Position numbers and translations under genes: made by a program. The notes beneath the pieces are model-generated. The model had not been told where the DNA came from and ran no database searches. It saw only the letters and a list, made by a program, of their open reading frames with translations. A stretch of 64,000 nucleotides of DNA, taken from assembly GCA_026713485.1 (NCBI GenBank), contig JAPOOK010000051.1, positions 914 to 64,913 of the forward strand, given 5' to 3'. The stretch comes from Chloroflexota bacterium. GTDB taxonomy: Bacteria; Chloroflexota; Dehalococcoidia; UBA6926. Positions 1-8,600 of the stretch are shown piece after piece (position 1 is the stretch's first letter; each line of letters begins with the position of its first letter).

Positions 1-498
1 CTGACCGGTGCCGCGCTTGGCAGCAGGCTCGGCACCATGAGCCTGCTGCTCTATCTGTTTGCGGGCATCGCTGGCCTCCCGGTCTACGCTGGATCCGTCG
101 GGGATATCCTGTCAGGAGAAGTCGCCTTTGGTGCAACTGATGGCAGTCTCTGGGGCGGTGCAACGTCCTTCTGGTCAATGCCGTCTTTCGGCTACATCAT
201 TGGATTCGTTATCGCCGCCACACTCATTGGCCGCCTGGCCGAGCGAGGATGGGACCGTAGTTTCCTTTACACAGCCTTGGCCATGCTGGCAGGAAGCGTT
301 GTGATCTACGCCTTCGGACTCCCGTGGCTCCACATGTCTTTCGACAACATGACAATAAGCCTTACTCTGGATTGGGGACTGTGGCCGTTCGTTCCCGGCG
401 ACATTCTCAAACTTCTCGTGGCGGCTGGCGCCCTACCAGGCGCGTGGGTACTCCTCCGCCGTGAGCCGAAGTTGAAAGAATCGGAGGATCAACTCTAG
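1..498 (+). CDS. bioY: BioY-family biotin transporter substrate-specific component (5' partial, N-terminus lies before the window)
   Basis: Reading frame is open from nt 1. Translation LTGAALGSRLGTMSLLLYLFAGIAGLPVYAGS...GYIIGFVIAATLIGRL matches the conserved BioY core, and the protein is a multi-helix hydrophobic product. Confidence 0.6.
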   Translation: MTGAALGSRLGTMSLLLYLFAGIAGLPVYAGSVGDILSGEVAFGATDGSLWGGATSFWSMPSFGYIIGFVIAATLIGRLAERGWDRSFLYTALAMLAGSVVIYAFGLPWLHMSFDNMTISLTLDWGLWPFVPGDILKLLVAAGALPGAWVLLRREPKLKESEDQL

Positions 499-500
499 AC

Positions 501-1214
501 GTGGACATTACCTATCTCGGTGGATCAGGCTTTCAACTGCGTGGTAGAGACGCATCTCTCTTTGTCGACCCGACGGCCTCGCCTGACCGCCGTGCCAACG
601 CGCGCGCCGTCCTCATGAGCGGCTATGGCCTGGAGCCCGCCGTCGACGTCGGTGATGCACGCGTCATCAGTCGCCCGGGCGAATACGAGGTCTCCGGCAT
701 CCTGATTCGCGCCATCCGCACAAGCAGAGCCTCTGCTGACGACGCCTCGCACCAGGGAGGCATGGCATATACGGTCTCAATTGATGGCGTAGGTATCTGC
801 CATCTCGGCCATCTGAGCCGCGCGCTCACCACCGCAGAAATCTCGGAACTCGGCGAGGCTGACGTTGTCCTGTTGCCGGTGGGCGGCGAGGAGACTCTTG
901 CTCCCAATCTTGCGGCACAGGTCGCTACGCAACTCGGTCCCAAGATCATCATTCCCATGCTCTGGCAGGGTGAAGTGGAGCGTTCGATCACCGAAGCCGT
1001 TACAGCTGCGCCCGCGCAGGACGAGGCCGAAGATGGGGCAGGTGACGCTGAGGAAGCCCCGCCGGCCCCCGTAGAGACCGTTAACGTCCCCTCTCTTGAG
1101 CCGTTTCTCCGGGAACTGGGCATCCGTTCCCTGACTCCACATGACCGACTCTCAGTCACACCCACTAACCAGCCACCCACCCAACAGGTCAGCCTGCTCC
1201 TGCCCCGCTCCTGA
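501..1214 (+). CDS. MBL-fold metal-dependent hydrolase (UPF0173-like), GTG start
   Basis: MDITYLGGSGFQLRG...VVLLPVGG pattern of beta-lactamase-fold hydrolases. Starts immediately after the bioY stop. Confidence 0.5.
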   Translation: MDITYLGGSGFQLRGRDASLFVDPTASPDRRANARAVLMSGYGLEPAVDVGDARVISRPGEYEVSGILIRAIRTSRASADDASHQGGMAYTVSIDGVGICHLGHLSRALTTAEISELGEADVVLLPVGGEETLAPNLAAQVATQLGPKIIIPMLWQGEVERSITEAVTAAPAQDEAEDGAGDAEEAPPAPVETVNVPSLEPFLRELGIRSLTPHDRLSVTPTNQPPTQQVSLLLPRS

Positions 1215-1313
1215 TTAGTCGCCTGGGCCGGGCGCCAATCGACGGCAGAAGCCTATCTCAATGACAATTCGGACAGCGTGACGTGCGCCTTCCGCGCAGC
1301 TGATTACATGCGG

Positions 1314-3044
1314 TCAGTCAGCCCGCTCCACGTGAACCGTGACAATATCAAGCCCGTAGTACTTGCTGTGGCGCACGGACGCCGCATAGTGACGCAAGAG
1401 ACGATAGGACAGCTCATTCTCATCCGTAATCTCTGGGGATTCCCCAAGGAGAGCAAGTCGATCCTCCAGGTTCCCTTCCGACGGCCCGGACACGAGCTCC
1501 AGTTCTGCTGATGTGCCCACCATTCTGATGGAAGCCATCGCTTTCCTGTCGTCATCTGAATCAGTGTCGCTTTCCGTAAGAAGCCCGGAAAGAGCCTCCT
1601 CACCTACCAGCGTCAGCCGGCCTGTTGCGTCCTCCGACCAATGGGTCCTTTGAGCGAAGTCCTGTAAAAAGTCCCGTAGTTGAGTGAACCCCGCCGTTCC
1701 GCCCTCCAGGCGAATTCGCTTCCGCCGTTGAGAGGTCAACTCAAGGAACAGCACCATGATGAGCGCCACAATCGCTCCGCCCGTCATGCCGTTCTCAAGA
1801 AGGAGACTCATGAATCCGTCCCCCAGTGATTCACCGAAGATCTGCGCGTTCGTAAAGCCCACGCCTGCCCAGAATGCCAGCCCGATGATGGCCGCCTTCC
1901 GGTGATCCACACCGTCATTAATGACAATCTTCATCCCCTGCACAAACAGCAACCCGATGAGCACAGTCATGTAAGCGCCGGCCACCGGCGACGGTATTGC
2001 CACCAGGATCGCCGTTATTTTAGGGAAGAACGCAAACAGGATGAAGGTCAGGCCAATCACCACTCCTACGCGCCGTGCCCCCACGCCGGTGATCTCCACC
2101 ATTGCTACGCTGCTGGAATACGTCGTGTTGGGTACCGTGCCGGAAAGTCCCGAAAGGAGATTCCCCACGCCGTCCGCATTGATTGCCCCCTGTGCCACAC
2201 GGAAATCCGGCGCGGGCGGGGTCCTTCGCGACACTCGTTGAATCGCTACTCCGTCTCCCAACGTTTCAATTGCGCCGACAGCTGTCACCATCGCAAAGGC
2301 GGGAAGCAGTGCCCAGAAATTCGCGCCAATATCCAACGATAGACCCGGCCATTCCTCGAACGGCGCGCCGATCCAGGCAGCCTCTGTGATGACGCTGGTG
2401 TCATACAGTCCGAACACCGCCGCCGTCGCGGTTCCCGCGGCGATGCCTATAACTGGTGACCACAGGCGCAGCGAAGGCGGCGCCCGAAGAACGAGACCGA
2501 CCGTTATCGCCAGTGTCACGGCGGCGGATGCCATCGCTCCCTCCACAGGTTGTCCGGGTTCCACAGCGTCTAGCAGCCCGAATGCGATGGGCATCACCGT
2601 CGCAGCGATGAGCATAATGACCGTGCCGGTCACCACGGGGACGAATATTCGCCTCGTGAGAGACAGTTTCATGCCAATCAGGAATTGCATGAGGGACGAT
2701 GCCACGATCAGCGAGGCCATCAGTGCCGGTCCGCCATTGGCAAGCGCGGCAACGCATGCGGCCAGGAATGCCCCTGATGTTCCCATGATGAGAATGTGAC
2801 CGGAGCCGAAACGCCAGAACCGGACTGCCTGCAAGACCGTCGTGGATCCGCTCACCAGAAGCGCCGCGAATACCGCCCAGGAAGTGTAGGACTGTGACTG
2901 GTCCCCAACGCGCATCACGATGACGACCCCCAGCACAACGGCGCCAACGATAATCATCGCGCCCTGTACCCCGGCCCCCAGGGTCATGAGAAGGGGTGGG
3001 TGCTCGTCAGGTTCGAATCGTACGTGTTGGTTGACTTGGGACAT
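1314..3044 (-). CDS. NCS2 (xanthine/uracil) family nucleobase:cation symporter with ~130-aa C-terminal cytoplasmic extension
   Basis: ~12-14 predicted TM helices with Gly-rich NCS2-type motifs (GAINADGVGNLLSGLSGT.PNTTYSS). Acidic, non-membrane C-terminal tail. Confidence 0.65.
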   Translation of the reverse strand: MSQVNQHVRFEPDEHPPLLMTLGAGVQGAMIIVGAVVLGVVIVMRVGDQSQSYTSWAVFAALLVSGSTTVLQAVRFWRFGSGHILIMGTSGAFLAACVAALANGGPALMASLIVASSLMQFLIGMKLSLTRRIFVPVVTGTVIMLIAATVMPIAFGLLDAVEPGQPVEGAMASAAVTLAITVGLVLRAPPSLRLWSPVIGIAAGTATAAVFGLYDTSVITEAAWIGAPFEEWPGLSLDIGANFWALLPAFAMVTAVGAIETLGDGVAIQRVSRRTPPAPDFRVAQGAINADGVGNLLSGLSGTVPNTTYSSSVAMVEITGVGARRVGVVIGLTFILFAFFPKITAILVAIPSPVAGAYMTVLIGLLFVQGMKIVINDGVDHRKAAIIGLAFWAGVGFTNAQIFGESLGDGFMSLLLENGMTGGAIVALIMVLFLELTSQRRKRIRLEGGTAGFTQLRDFLQDFAQRTHWSEDATGRLTLVGEEALSGLLTESDTDSDDDRKAMASIRMVGTSAELELVSGPSEGNLEDRLALLGESPEITDENELSYRLLRHYAASVRHSKYYGLDIVTVHVERAD

Positions 3045-3139
3045 TGTTAGATCCGATCCGGGTTTGTAGGAATTGAGGACGGGGGTGAATCATTCACCCC
3101 CGTCCTTTAGTTTCGCCTTATGGCTGATGCCATCAAGAT

Positions 3140-4714
3140 TTAGGCAGGATCCGTGATCGGCTCCGTGTACATCTGCTTCAAGTCCCGCTTCAGAACCTTG
3201 CCCAGCGGGTTGCGTGGGAGAGGCTCCTCGGAGAACACCACGTGCTCCGGCCTCTTGAAACTGGCCAGCCGTTGGCGTGAGTACTCGATCAACTCATCCT
3301 GTGATGCCGCCTGACCGGACTTGAGCACAACGACAGCTCGAACACGCTCCCCCCATTGTTCATCCGGGATGCCGATGATTGCCGCCTCGTCGACGGCGGG
3401 ATGGGACATCAGTGTCTGCTCTACCTCTTCAGGGGAAATCATCTCCCCCGCGCGCTTGATGAAGTCCTTGGCACGACCGGTGAGGAAGATGTAACCCTCA
3501 TCGTCCTGGTAGCCAAGGTCGCCCGTGAACAGCCAGCCGTTCTTGATCGTCTCCGCCGTCACGTCGTCCTGCTGCCAGTAGCCCTTCATGAGCTGCGGAC
3601 CGCTGGCGATGATCTCGCCTTGCTCGTTGGTGGGGACATCTGTGCCGTCCTCATCCACGATGCGGATCTCGACGCCCGGGAGCGGCTTGCCGATGGAACT
3701 GAGTCGCTCGAACTTCTTCTCGCGTTCCTCCTCGGACAGGCCCTTCACGTTGTGATCATCCGGCATCAGTGCCGTGATCGTCGCGGAGGCCTCGGTCTGG
3801 CCGAAAGCGTTGATGAACTGGGTGTCTTCCAGCTCGATAATAGCGCGCTTGATGACCTCCTTGGGCATGGGCGCAGCGCCATAGGTAAGCACATCCAGGC
3901 TGGAGAGGTCGTAGTTCGGGCGCGCCTCGTGGTCGAGGAGCATCTTGAGCATCGTCGGCACCATCATGGCGCGCGAAACCTTCTCATCCTGCACCAGCTT
4001 CATCCAGGACTCCGCCTCAAACTGGCGCTGGATGACAAGTGTGCGCATCCCGAATATCGCGGAGATAACGGCCTGCATCCCTGCCACGTGGTACAGCGGA
4101 ACGGTCAGGATGTTCTTTTCTACCTGGTCCGGCTCCACTGGCGTCACGTTGCTAAGGCTGTAGCTGCTGACGCCGCCGAAGGTCAGCATTACGCCCTTGG
4201 GCAGGCCTGTCGTGCCCGCTGTAAACATCAATATTGTCGTGTCGTCGTCGTCCACCTCAGTCGTGATGTCATCTGTCGGCTGTCCCGAAAGGACATCCTC
4301 GTACGCCTCCCAGCCGTCCGCCGTGCCCTCTAGCGAGACGTAGTGCTCGACCGTGTTCAGTGATGGCCGCAGCTCATCAACCATGCCCAGATATCGCGAG
4401 CCCGTGATAACCACCTTGGACTCCGAAGCGTTGACCATGTGGCGGATTTCCTCCGCCCGCCCCCGGAAGCTCAAGGGCACAAAGATCGCCCCGAGCTTGG
4501 CCGCCGCGAAGTAGGTCTCGATGACCTCATTGCAGTTCACCTGCATGATGCCGACGCGGTCTCCACTGCCGACTCCCCAGGACTGCATTCGGCTCGCCAG
4601 CTGGTTTGATCGCGCGTTCAACTCTGCATACGAAAGGCGCGTGTCTTCAAAAACAATCGCTTCCTTGTCAGGCGCAATCATGTTCGCAATTGACAAAAAT
4701 TCAGCAGTGTTCAT
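3140..4714 (-). CDS. AMP-dependent acyl-CoA synthetase/ligase (fatty-acid-CoA ligase family)
   Basis: AMP-binding motif region FTAGTTGLPKGVMLT and a C-terminal conserved lysine region. Start chosen at MNTAEF (ATG 4714) with GGGAGGGG RBS. The upstream Met of the ORF track lacks an RBS. Confidence 0.75.
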   Translation of the reverse strand: MNTAEFLSIANMIAPDKEAIVFEDTRLSYAELNARSNQLASRMQSWGVGSGDRVGIMQVNCNEVIETYFAAAKLGAIFVPLSFRGRAEEIRHMVNASESKVVITGSRYLGMVDELRPSLNTVEHYVSLEGTADGWEAYEDVLSGQPTDDITTEVDDDDTTILMFTAGTTGLPKGVMLTFGGVSSYSLSNVTPVEPDQVEKNILTVPLYHVAGMQAVISAIFGMRTLVIQRQFEAESWMKLVQDEKVSRAMMVPTMLKMLLDHEARPNYDLSSLDVLTYGAAPMPKEVIKRAIIELEDTQFINAFGQTEASATITALMPDDHNVKGLSEEEREKKFERLSSIGKPLPGVEIRIVDEDGTDVPTNEQGEIIASGPQLMKGYWQQDDVTAETIKNGWLFTGDLGYQDDEGYIFLTGRAKDFIKRAGEMISPEEVEQTLMSHPAVDEAAIIGIPDEQWGERVRAVVVLKSGQAASQDELIEYSRQRLASFKRPEHVVFSEEPLPRNPLGKVLKRDLKQMYTEPITDPA

Positions 4715-4925
4715 CCGTGATATCCCCTCCCGATTACTTTTTCCGGTTGAGTAACTCGCCATCGCGGCAATAGTGCCGTGATCGGCGAAACCCCCTCCCG
4801 ATCTGCCCTACCACGTGGGCCACTGTAGCTAGCAGATACTAGCAGAGCGACGCCTTATTGTCACCATTCTGAGGCATGTCAGGCGGCGCAAAATGCCACC
4901 TGACATGCACGTAGTCGTCAGCGCC

Positions 4926-5714
4926 TCAGCCGGCGGTTGGCGTCACCTCAGGCTGCCCTTGGCCGGCCTCACATGCCAGTGCAGCCGCAAACAGGTTTTG
5001 CATAGCCATTTCGGCTTGCGCCTCATCACTCAGCATGGCCAGAAGAGCCTCCTCGCCGCCAAGCTGTTCCTCAAGACATTGCAGTGCTGATGGCGGTGGC
5101 AATTCCATCCCCTGGCTTGCCGCCCAGGCTGCGGCCTCCTCATCGCTAAGGCACAGCTGGACTCGTACTGCTCCGGCGATGACCTCACCAAAACTCTCCG
5201 GTGGCGGCCCCATGCCAAGAACGCCGGGATTCTCAGCCGCGATCCCTGTTATGCAGCTGCGAGTCTCGGAACTCAGCCCACCTGCCTCCGCGGAGAGGTT
5301 CGCCACCACGAATCCGACTGTGCTTTCCGTCCCCAGGCACTGGATGGGGAAATCACCAACGCCTCCCTGAAGGCTCGCTACAGGAACATCCGCAATCAGA
5401 TTGAACGCGTCAGCCCCAATAGCCTCACGTATGCACGTTCCTTCTTCCTCTGAGAATGCAGCAACAACTTCGCGCACAGTTGTCGTTGCGGTTATATCCA
5501 GTTCATTGATGGAGACAGCGACCGGGACGGGAGTAGGCTCCGGCGTCGCTGTAGCCGTGGGAGTGGGCGGTATAGGTGTAGCGGTTGGGATCGGTGTTGG
5601 CGTCGGTTCAGATTCACACGCCCCTGCAAACAACAGAACCCCGGCAATCGCCGCAAGTGCCGCGCCGCTAACGACTAAACGTCCAAAATTCCGTGCCAAG
5701 ACCTTGCCTTTCAC
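4926..5714 (-). CDS. Secreted lipoprotein with Thr/Pro-rich linker and Cys-repeat C-terminal domain (paralog of 59133..59915)
   Basis: Signal peptide plus lipobox LFAGAC, then PTPTPIPTATPIPPTPTATATPEPTP linker, then repeated xxCLxx(E/D) units. Confidence 0.5.
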   Translation of the reverse strand: MKGKVLARNFGRLVVSGAALAAIAGVLLFAGACESEPTPTPIPTATPIPPTPTATATPEPTPVPVAVSINELDITATTTVREVVAAFSEEEGTCIREAIGADAFNLIADVPVASLQGGVGDFPIQCLGTESTVGFVVANLSAEAGGLSSETRSCITGIAAENPGVLGMGPPPESFGEVIAGAVRVQLCLSDEEAAAWAASQGMELPPPSALQCLEEQLGGEEALLAMLSDEAQAEMAMQNLFAAALACEAGQGQPEVTPTAG

Positions 5715-5833
5715 TCTCCAAATGCGGATGTCACATATCCAGTCTACGAGTCGACCAAGTTCTTGAGCAGGTAATAGCCGGTACTCGTCGGTACTAACCC
5801 GTTATCGAGAACCGCTGGATCAAGGGCGTCAAC

Positions 5834-6562
5834 CTAAAGAGTTGCTGCTAGCGCCGCCTCTATTCGCAAACCCTCTGCCAACGTGACGTCCGCCCCCCGC
5901 CGCAGTGCAGCCTTCGTCGCCGCCCGTGCCTCATGCGGCAGCCGACGTGTCTCAGCCAGCAAGGTATTTGTCATCTCTGCCAAGCGCTCCGCAGGTATAA
6001 CGCGGTGTATTACTCCCATCCGCAGAGCCTCTTCCGCATCGAACCAGCGGCTTGTCAGCAGCAGGTCCAACGCCTGTGCTCGCCCAATCACACGCGGTAG
6101 AGATTGGCTTCCCGTCGCGAACGGGATCATCCCCAGCGCCACCTCAGGCAGTCGGAACCGCGCATCATCCGTCGCGATGCGAAAATCGCAGCACAGGGCC
6201 ATTTCAAGGCCGGAACCGATAGAAAACCCGTGCATCGCCGCTACTGTTGGCACCGGCAGGGAGCGCAGCAGCGACCACACATCGCGCAGGTACCGTGCCT
6301 CACGAGCAATGACGCGTGATGGGGCGGTCCCGAACTCCGTCAGGTCCGCTCCCGAGCAAAATGCTCGCTCACCTGCGCCCGTAATCAGTACGGCGTCCAG
6401 GTCAGGATTCGCGTGCAGCTCTGTCAGGATGGCGAAAAGGTCATCCCGCATCTGAACGTTGAATGCGTTCAACTGATTAGGGCGATTGAGCGTGATGTGC
6501 GCGAGACCGGAATCATCCACCTCGCACAGAGCCGCCGGCTCGTTCTGTCCCGACTCCGTCAT
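5834..6562 (-). CDS. Enoyl-CoA hydratase/isomerase (crotonase fold)
   Basis: LNRPNQLNAF...ITGAGERAFCSGADL...GFSIGSGLEMALCCDFRIA crotonase oxyanion-hole motifs. Confidence 0.75.
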   Translation of the reverse strand: MTESGQNEPAALCEVDDSGLAHITLNRPNQLNAFNVQMRDDLFAILTELHANPDLDAVLITGAGERAFCSGADLTEFGTAPSRVIAREARYLRDVWSLLRSLPVPTVAAMHGFSIGSGLEMALCCDFRIATDDARFRLPEVALGMIPFATGSQSLPRVIGRAQALDLLLTSRWFDAEEALRMGVIHRVIPAERLAEMTNTLLAETRRLPHEARAATKAALRRGADVTLAEGLRIEAALAATL

Positions 6563-6566
6563 TAAT

Positions 6567-7040
6567 TCACCTGAAGAATGGAATCCACAGGATGTACCCG
6601 GGCGGATTACCGCTGCTGGCCCTCACCGCCGCCACTATCGTCCAGATAAGCCACAAAATGCCAAGGATCAGCATGAGGAACAAGGCAACAAGCAGGAGTA
6701 CAAGCGTCTCCCAGAACCCGCCGATAATCTCCTCCTGCTCTCCGGCGATTGTCCCGACGATGAAGAAGGGAATCATCAAAATGAACAGGACAATGAAGTA
6801 GATGAAGAAACTGATATGGAAATTGAGTGCCTTCTTGCCGTGGAAGTCGACCATGTCCGACCTGCCACGGAAGATGAGCCAAACAATCAGCGGGCCCAGT
6901 ATGCCCCCAACCCCGGACGTCAAGAGCGAACTCAGTGCAGAAAGGTGAATCAGCATCGACCAGTTACGCTCTTCCCGATGCCAGGTATCACCATAGACCG
7001 GCCCGGGTGGCCTCTCAGGCCGGGGTGATTCGTTCTCCAT
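6567..7040 (-). CDS. DUF4870-family small membrane protein (copy 1 of tandem pair)
   Basis: EERNWSMLIHLSAL...HGKKALNFHISF signature of DUF4870 with 3 TM segments. Start set at internal MENESP (ATG 7040) to avoid overlapping the upstream paralog. Confidence 0.5.
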   Translation of the reverse strand: MENESPRPERPPGPVYGDTWHREERNWSMLIHLSALSSLLTSGVGGILGPLIVWLIFRGRSDMVDFHGKKALNFHISFFIYFIVLFILMIPFFIVGTIAGEQEEIIGGFWETLVLLLVALFLMLILGILWLIWTIVAAVRASSGNPPGYILWIPFFR

Positions 7041-7068
7041 CGCGTCCTCCTGCCAGACCGAATCGACT

Positions 7069-7587
7069 CTACTTGAGGAATCCGATGGAGAGAATGTACC
7101 CGGGCGGATCCCCTCGACTTGCCCGCACTGCCGCAACAATCGTCCACACAATTGAAACGATGCTGAGCCCGATGACGAACGGGATGCCGATGAGCAAGAA
7201 AGAGAACAGGACGGCAATCACTATCCAGATGGTCATGCTGATCTGAAAGTTGAGCGCCCGCTTTCCGTGGAAGTCGAACATGTCTGAGCGCGCTCGGAAC
7301 ATGAGCCAGACAACCAGCGGAGCAATGATATTAGCGAAAGGGAAAAGCAGTTCGGCAAACGCGCTCAGATGCACCAGGAGCGACCAGTTGCGCTCCTCCG
7401 GGTTGCTCACCGGGCCGTAGTAGGCTTGGCTGCCCACGCCCGGAGAGGAGCTTGTTACCGCGGGATCGGCAGCTGAGCCCGGCACGTAATCCCCCTGCTG
7501 ACTTTCCTCAGCCTGGGGCTGCTGATCGCTATCGTCTGATTCGTCGTCCGGCCTGTCCTGCTCCGCCTGCGTCATCGCACACCTCAA
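7069..7587 (-). CDS. DUF4870-family small membrane protein (copy 2), acidic/Pro-rich N-terminal tail
   Basis: EERNWSLLVHLSAF...HGKRALNFQISM. About 45% identical to the downstream copy. Confidence 0.5.
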   Translation of the reverse strand: MRCAMTQAEQDRPDDESDDSDQQPQAEESQQGDYVPGSAADPAVTSSSPGVGSQAYYGPVSNPEERNWSLLVHLSAFAELLFPFANIIAPLVVWLMFRARSDMFDFHGKRALNFQISMTIWIVIAVLFSFLLIGIPFVIGLSIVSIVWTIVAAVRASRGDPPGYILSIGFLK

Positions 7588-7646
7588 TCCTGCCTATAAG
7601 ACGCCACCAATTGTAAACCTGGGGCGGGAAGGCGTCAAAGAACTTG

Positions 7647-8465
7647 CTACTCCCCTCTGAACTCCGGATCCCGCCGCTCAAGGAAAGATTGAATCCCCTC
7701 CTCGCGATCCTTCGTCGTTTGCAAGATCATCGTGAGGTCAGTCTCCAGCAGGATGCCCTGGTCAAGCGTCATCTCAGAGCCTGTCGAGATAACTTCTTTC
7801 GCGTAACGCGCCGCAATCGGCCCGCCGGCAAGTATCTGCGCTGCTATCTCCTGCGCCGTGGTCAGAACGTCGACGGGTGGCGCCACCCGATTGACCAGCC
7901 CCATACCCAGCGCCTCTTCGGCTCCTATGGTTCTGCCGGTCAGCAAGAGATCCGTCGCATGGGCAGGCCCCACGATGCGCGGCAGGCGCTGAGTCCCACC
8001 GTCCCAGGGAATGAGTCCTTGCAGCGCCTGACCCATCCGGAACTGGGCCGTTTCCGCGGCCACGCGGATATCTGCCGCCAGCGCCAACTCAAGCCCCTGG
8101 TCATAAGCGTCTCCATTAATGGCGGCGATAACGGGAAACGGTAGGGAGGCGACGGCGCTTGCGCATCGATAGCTGTCAAACAACGCTTGAGCCACGTGTC
8201 CCGATGCGGCCTCAGCAGATTCAGTAAGGAAAGACCGGCTTGCCCCTCGTGAGAAAGCAGCCGTATCGCCGCTGGGCCCATCCTTCGCCTGATCGACCCC
8301 GGTGACTATCAGCGCGTCAAACGGGCTGTCCTCCCGTAATGACGCGCACAGATCCCTCAACGCGAACGCCAATGCGCGGTCGATGAGATTGTCGGGAGGG
8401 CGGTTTAGGACGGCAATCAGCAGACGGCCCTCAGGCCGAAGTGTGATCGAATCGTTGGTGCTCAT
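7647..8465 (-). CDS. Enoyl-CoA hydratase/isomerase family protein
   Basis: Crotonase-fold motifs (AAINGDAYDQGLELALAADIRVAAETAQF). Start at MSTNDS (ATG 8465). Confidence 0.7.
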   Translation of the reverse strand: MSTNDSITLRPEGRLLIAVLNRPPDNLIDRALAFALRDLCASLREDSPFDALIVTGVDQAKDGPSGDTAAFSRGASRSFLTESAEAASGHVAQALFDSYRCASAVASLPFPVIAAINGDAYDQGLELALAADIRVAAETAQFRMGQALQGLIPWDGGTQRLPRIVGPAHATDLLLTGRTIGAEEALGMGLVNRVAPPVDVLTTAQEIAAQILAGGPIAARYAKEVISTGSEMTLDQGILLETDLTMILQTTKDREEGIQSFLERRDPEFRGE

Positions 8466-8600
8466 ATATGCTGCACGGCTGTCCTTGCCACGTAACACGA
8501 TTGTAACCCTCGTGTAACTGGCACGACACAGAACCGGCACAGCATTGGTGATGTTACGCGGGCAAAGCCGCGTCGTTTGGTGTTCTGGAAGGAGGACAGG

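Noticed and set aside
3045-3139. Purine (guanine/xanthine) riboswitch in front of the NCS2 permease.
   Set aside because: The leader is ~95 nt, but the only structure is a simple perfect palindrome. No three-way-junction consensus is recognisable.
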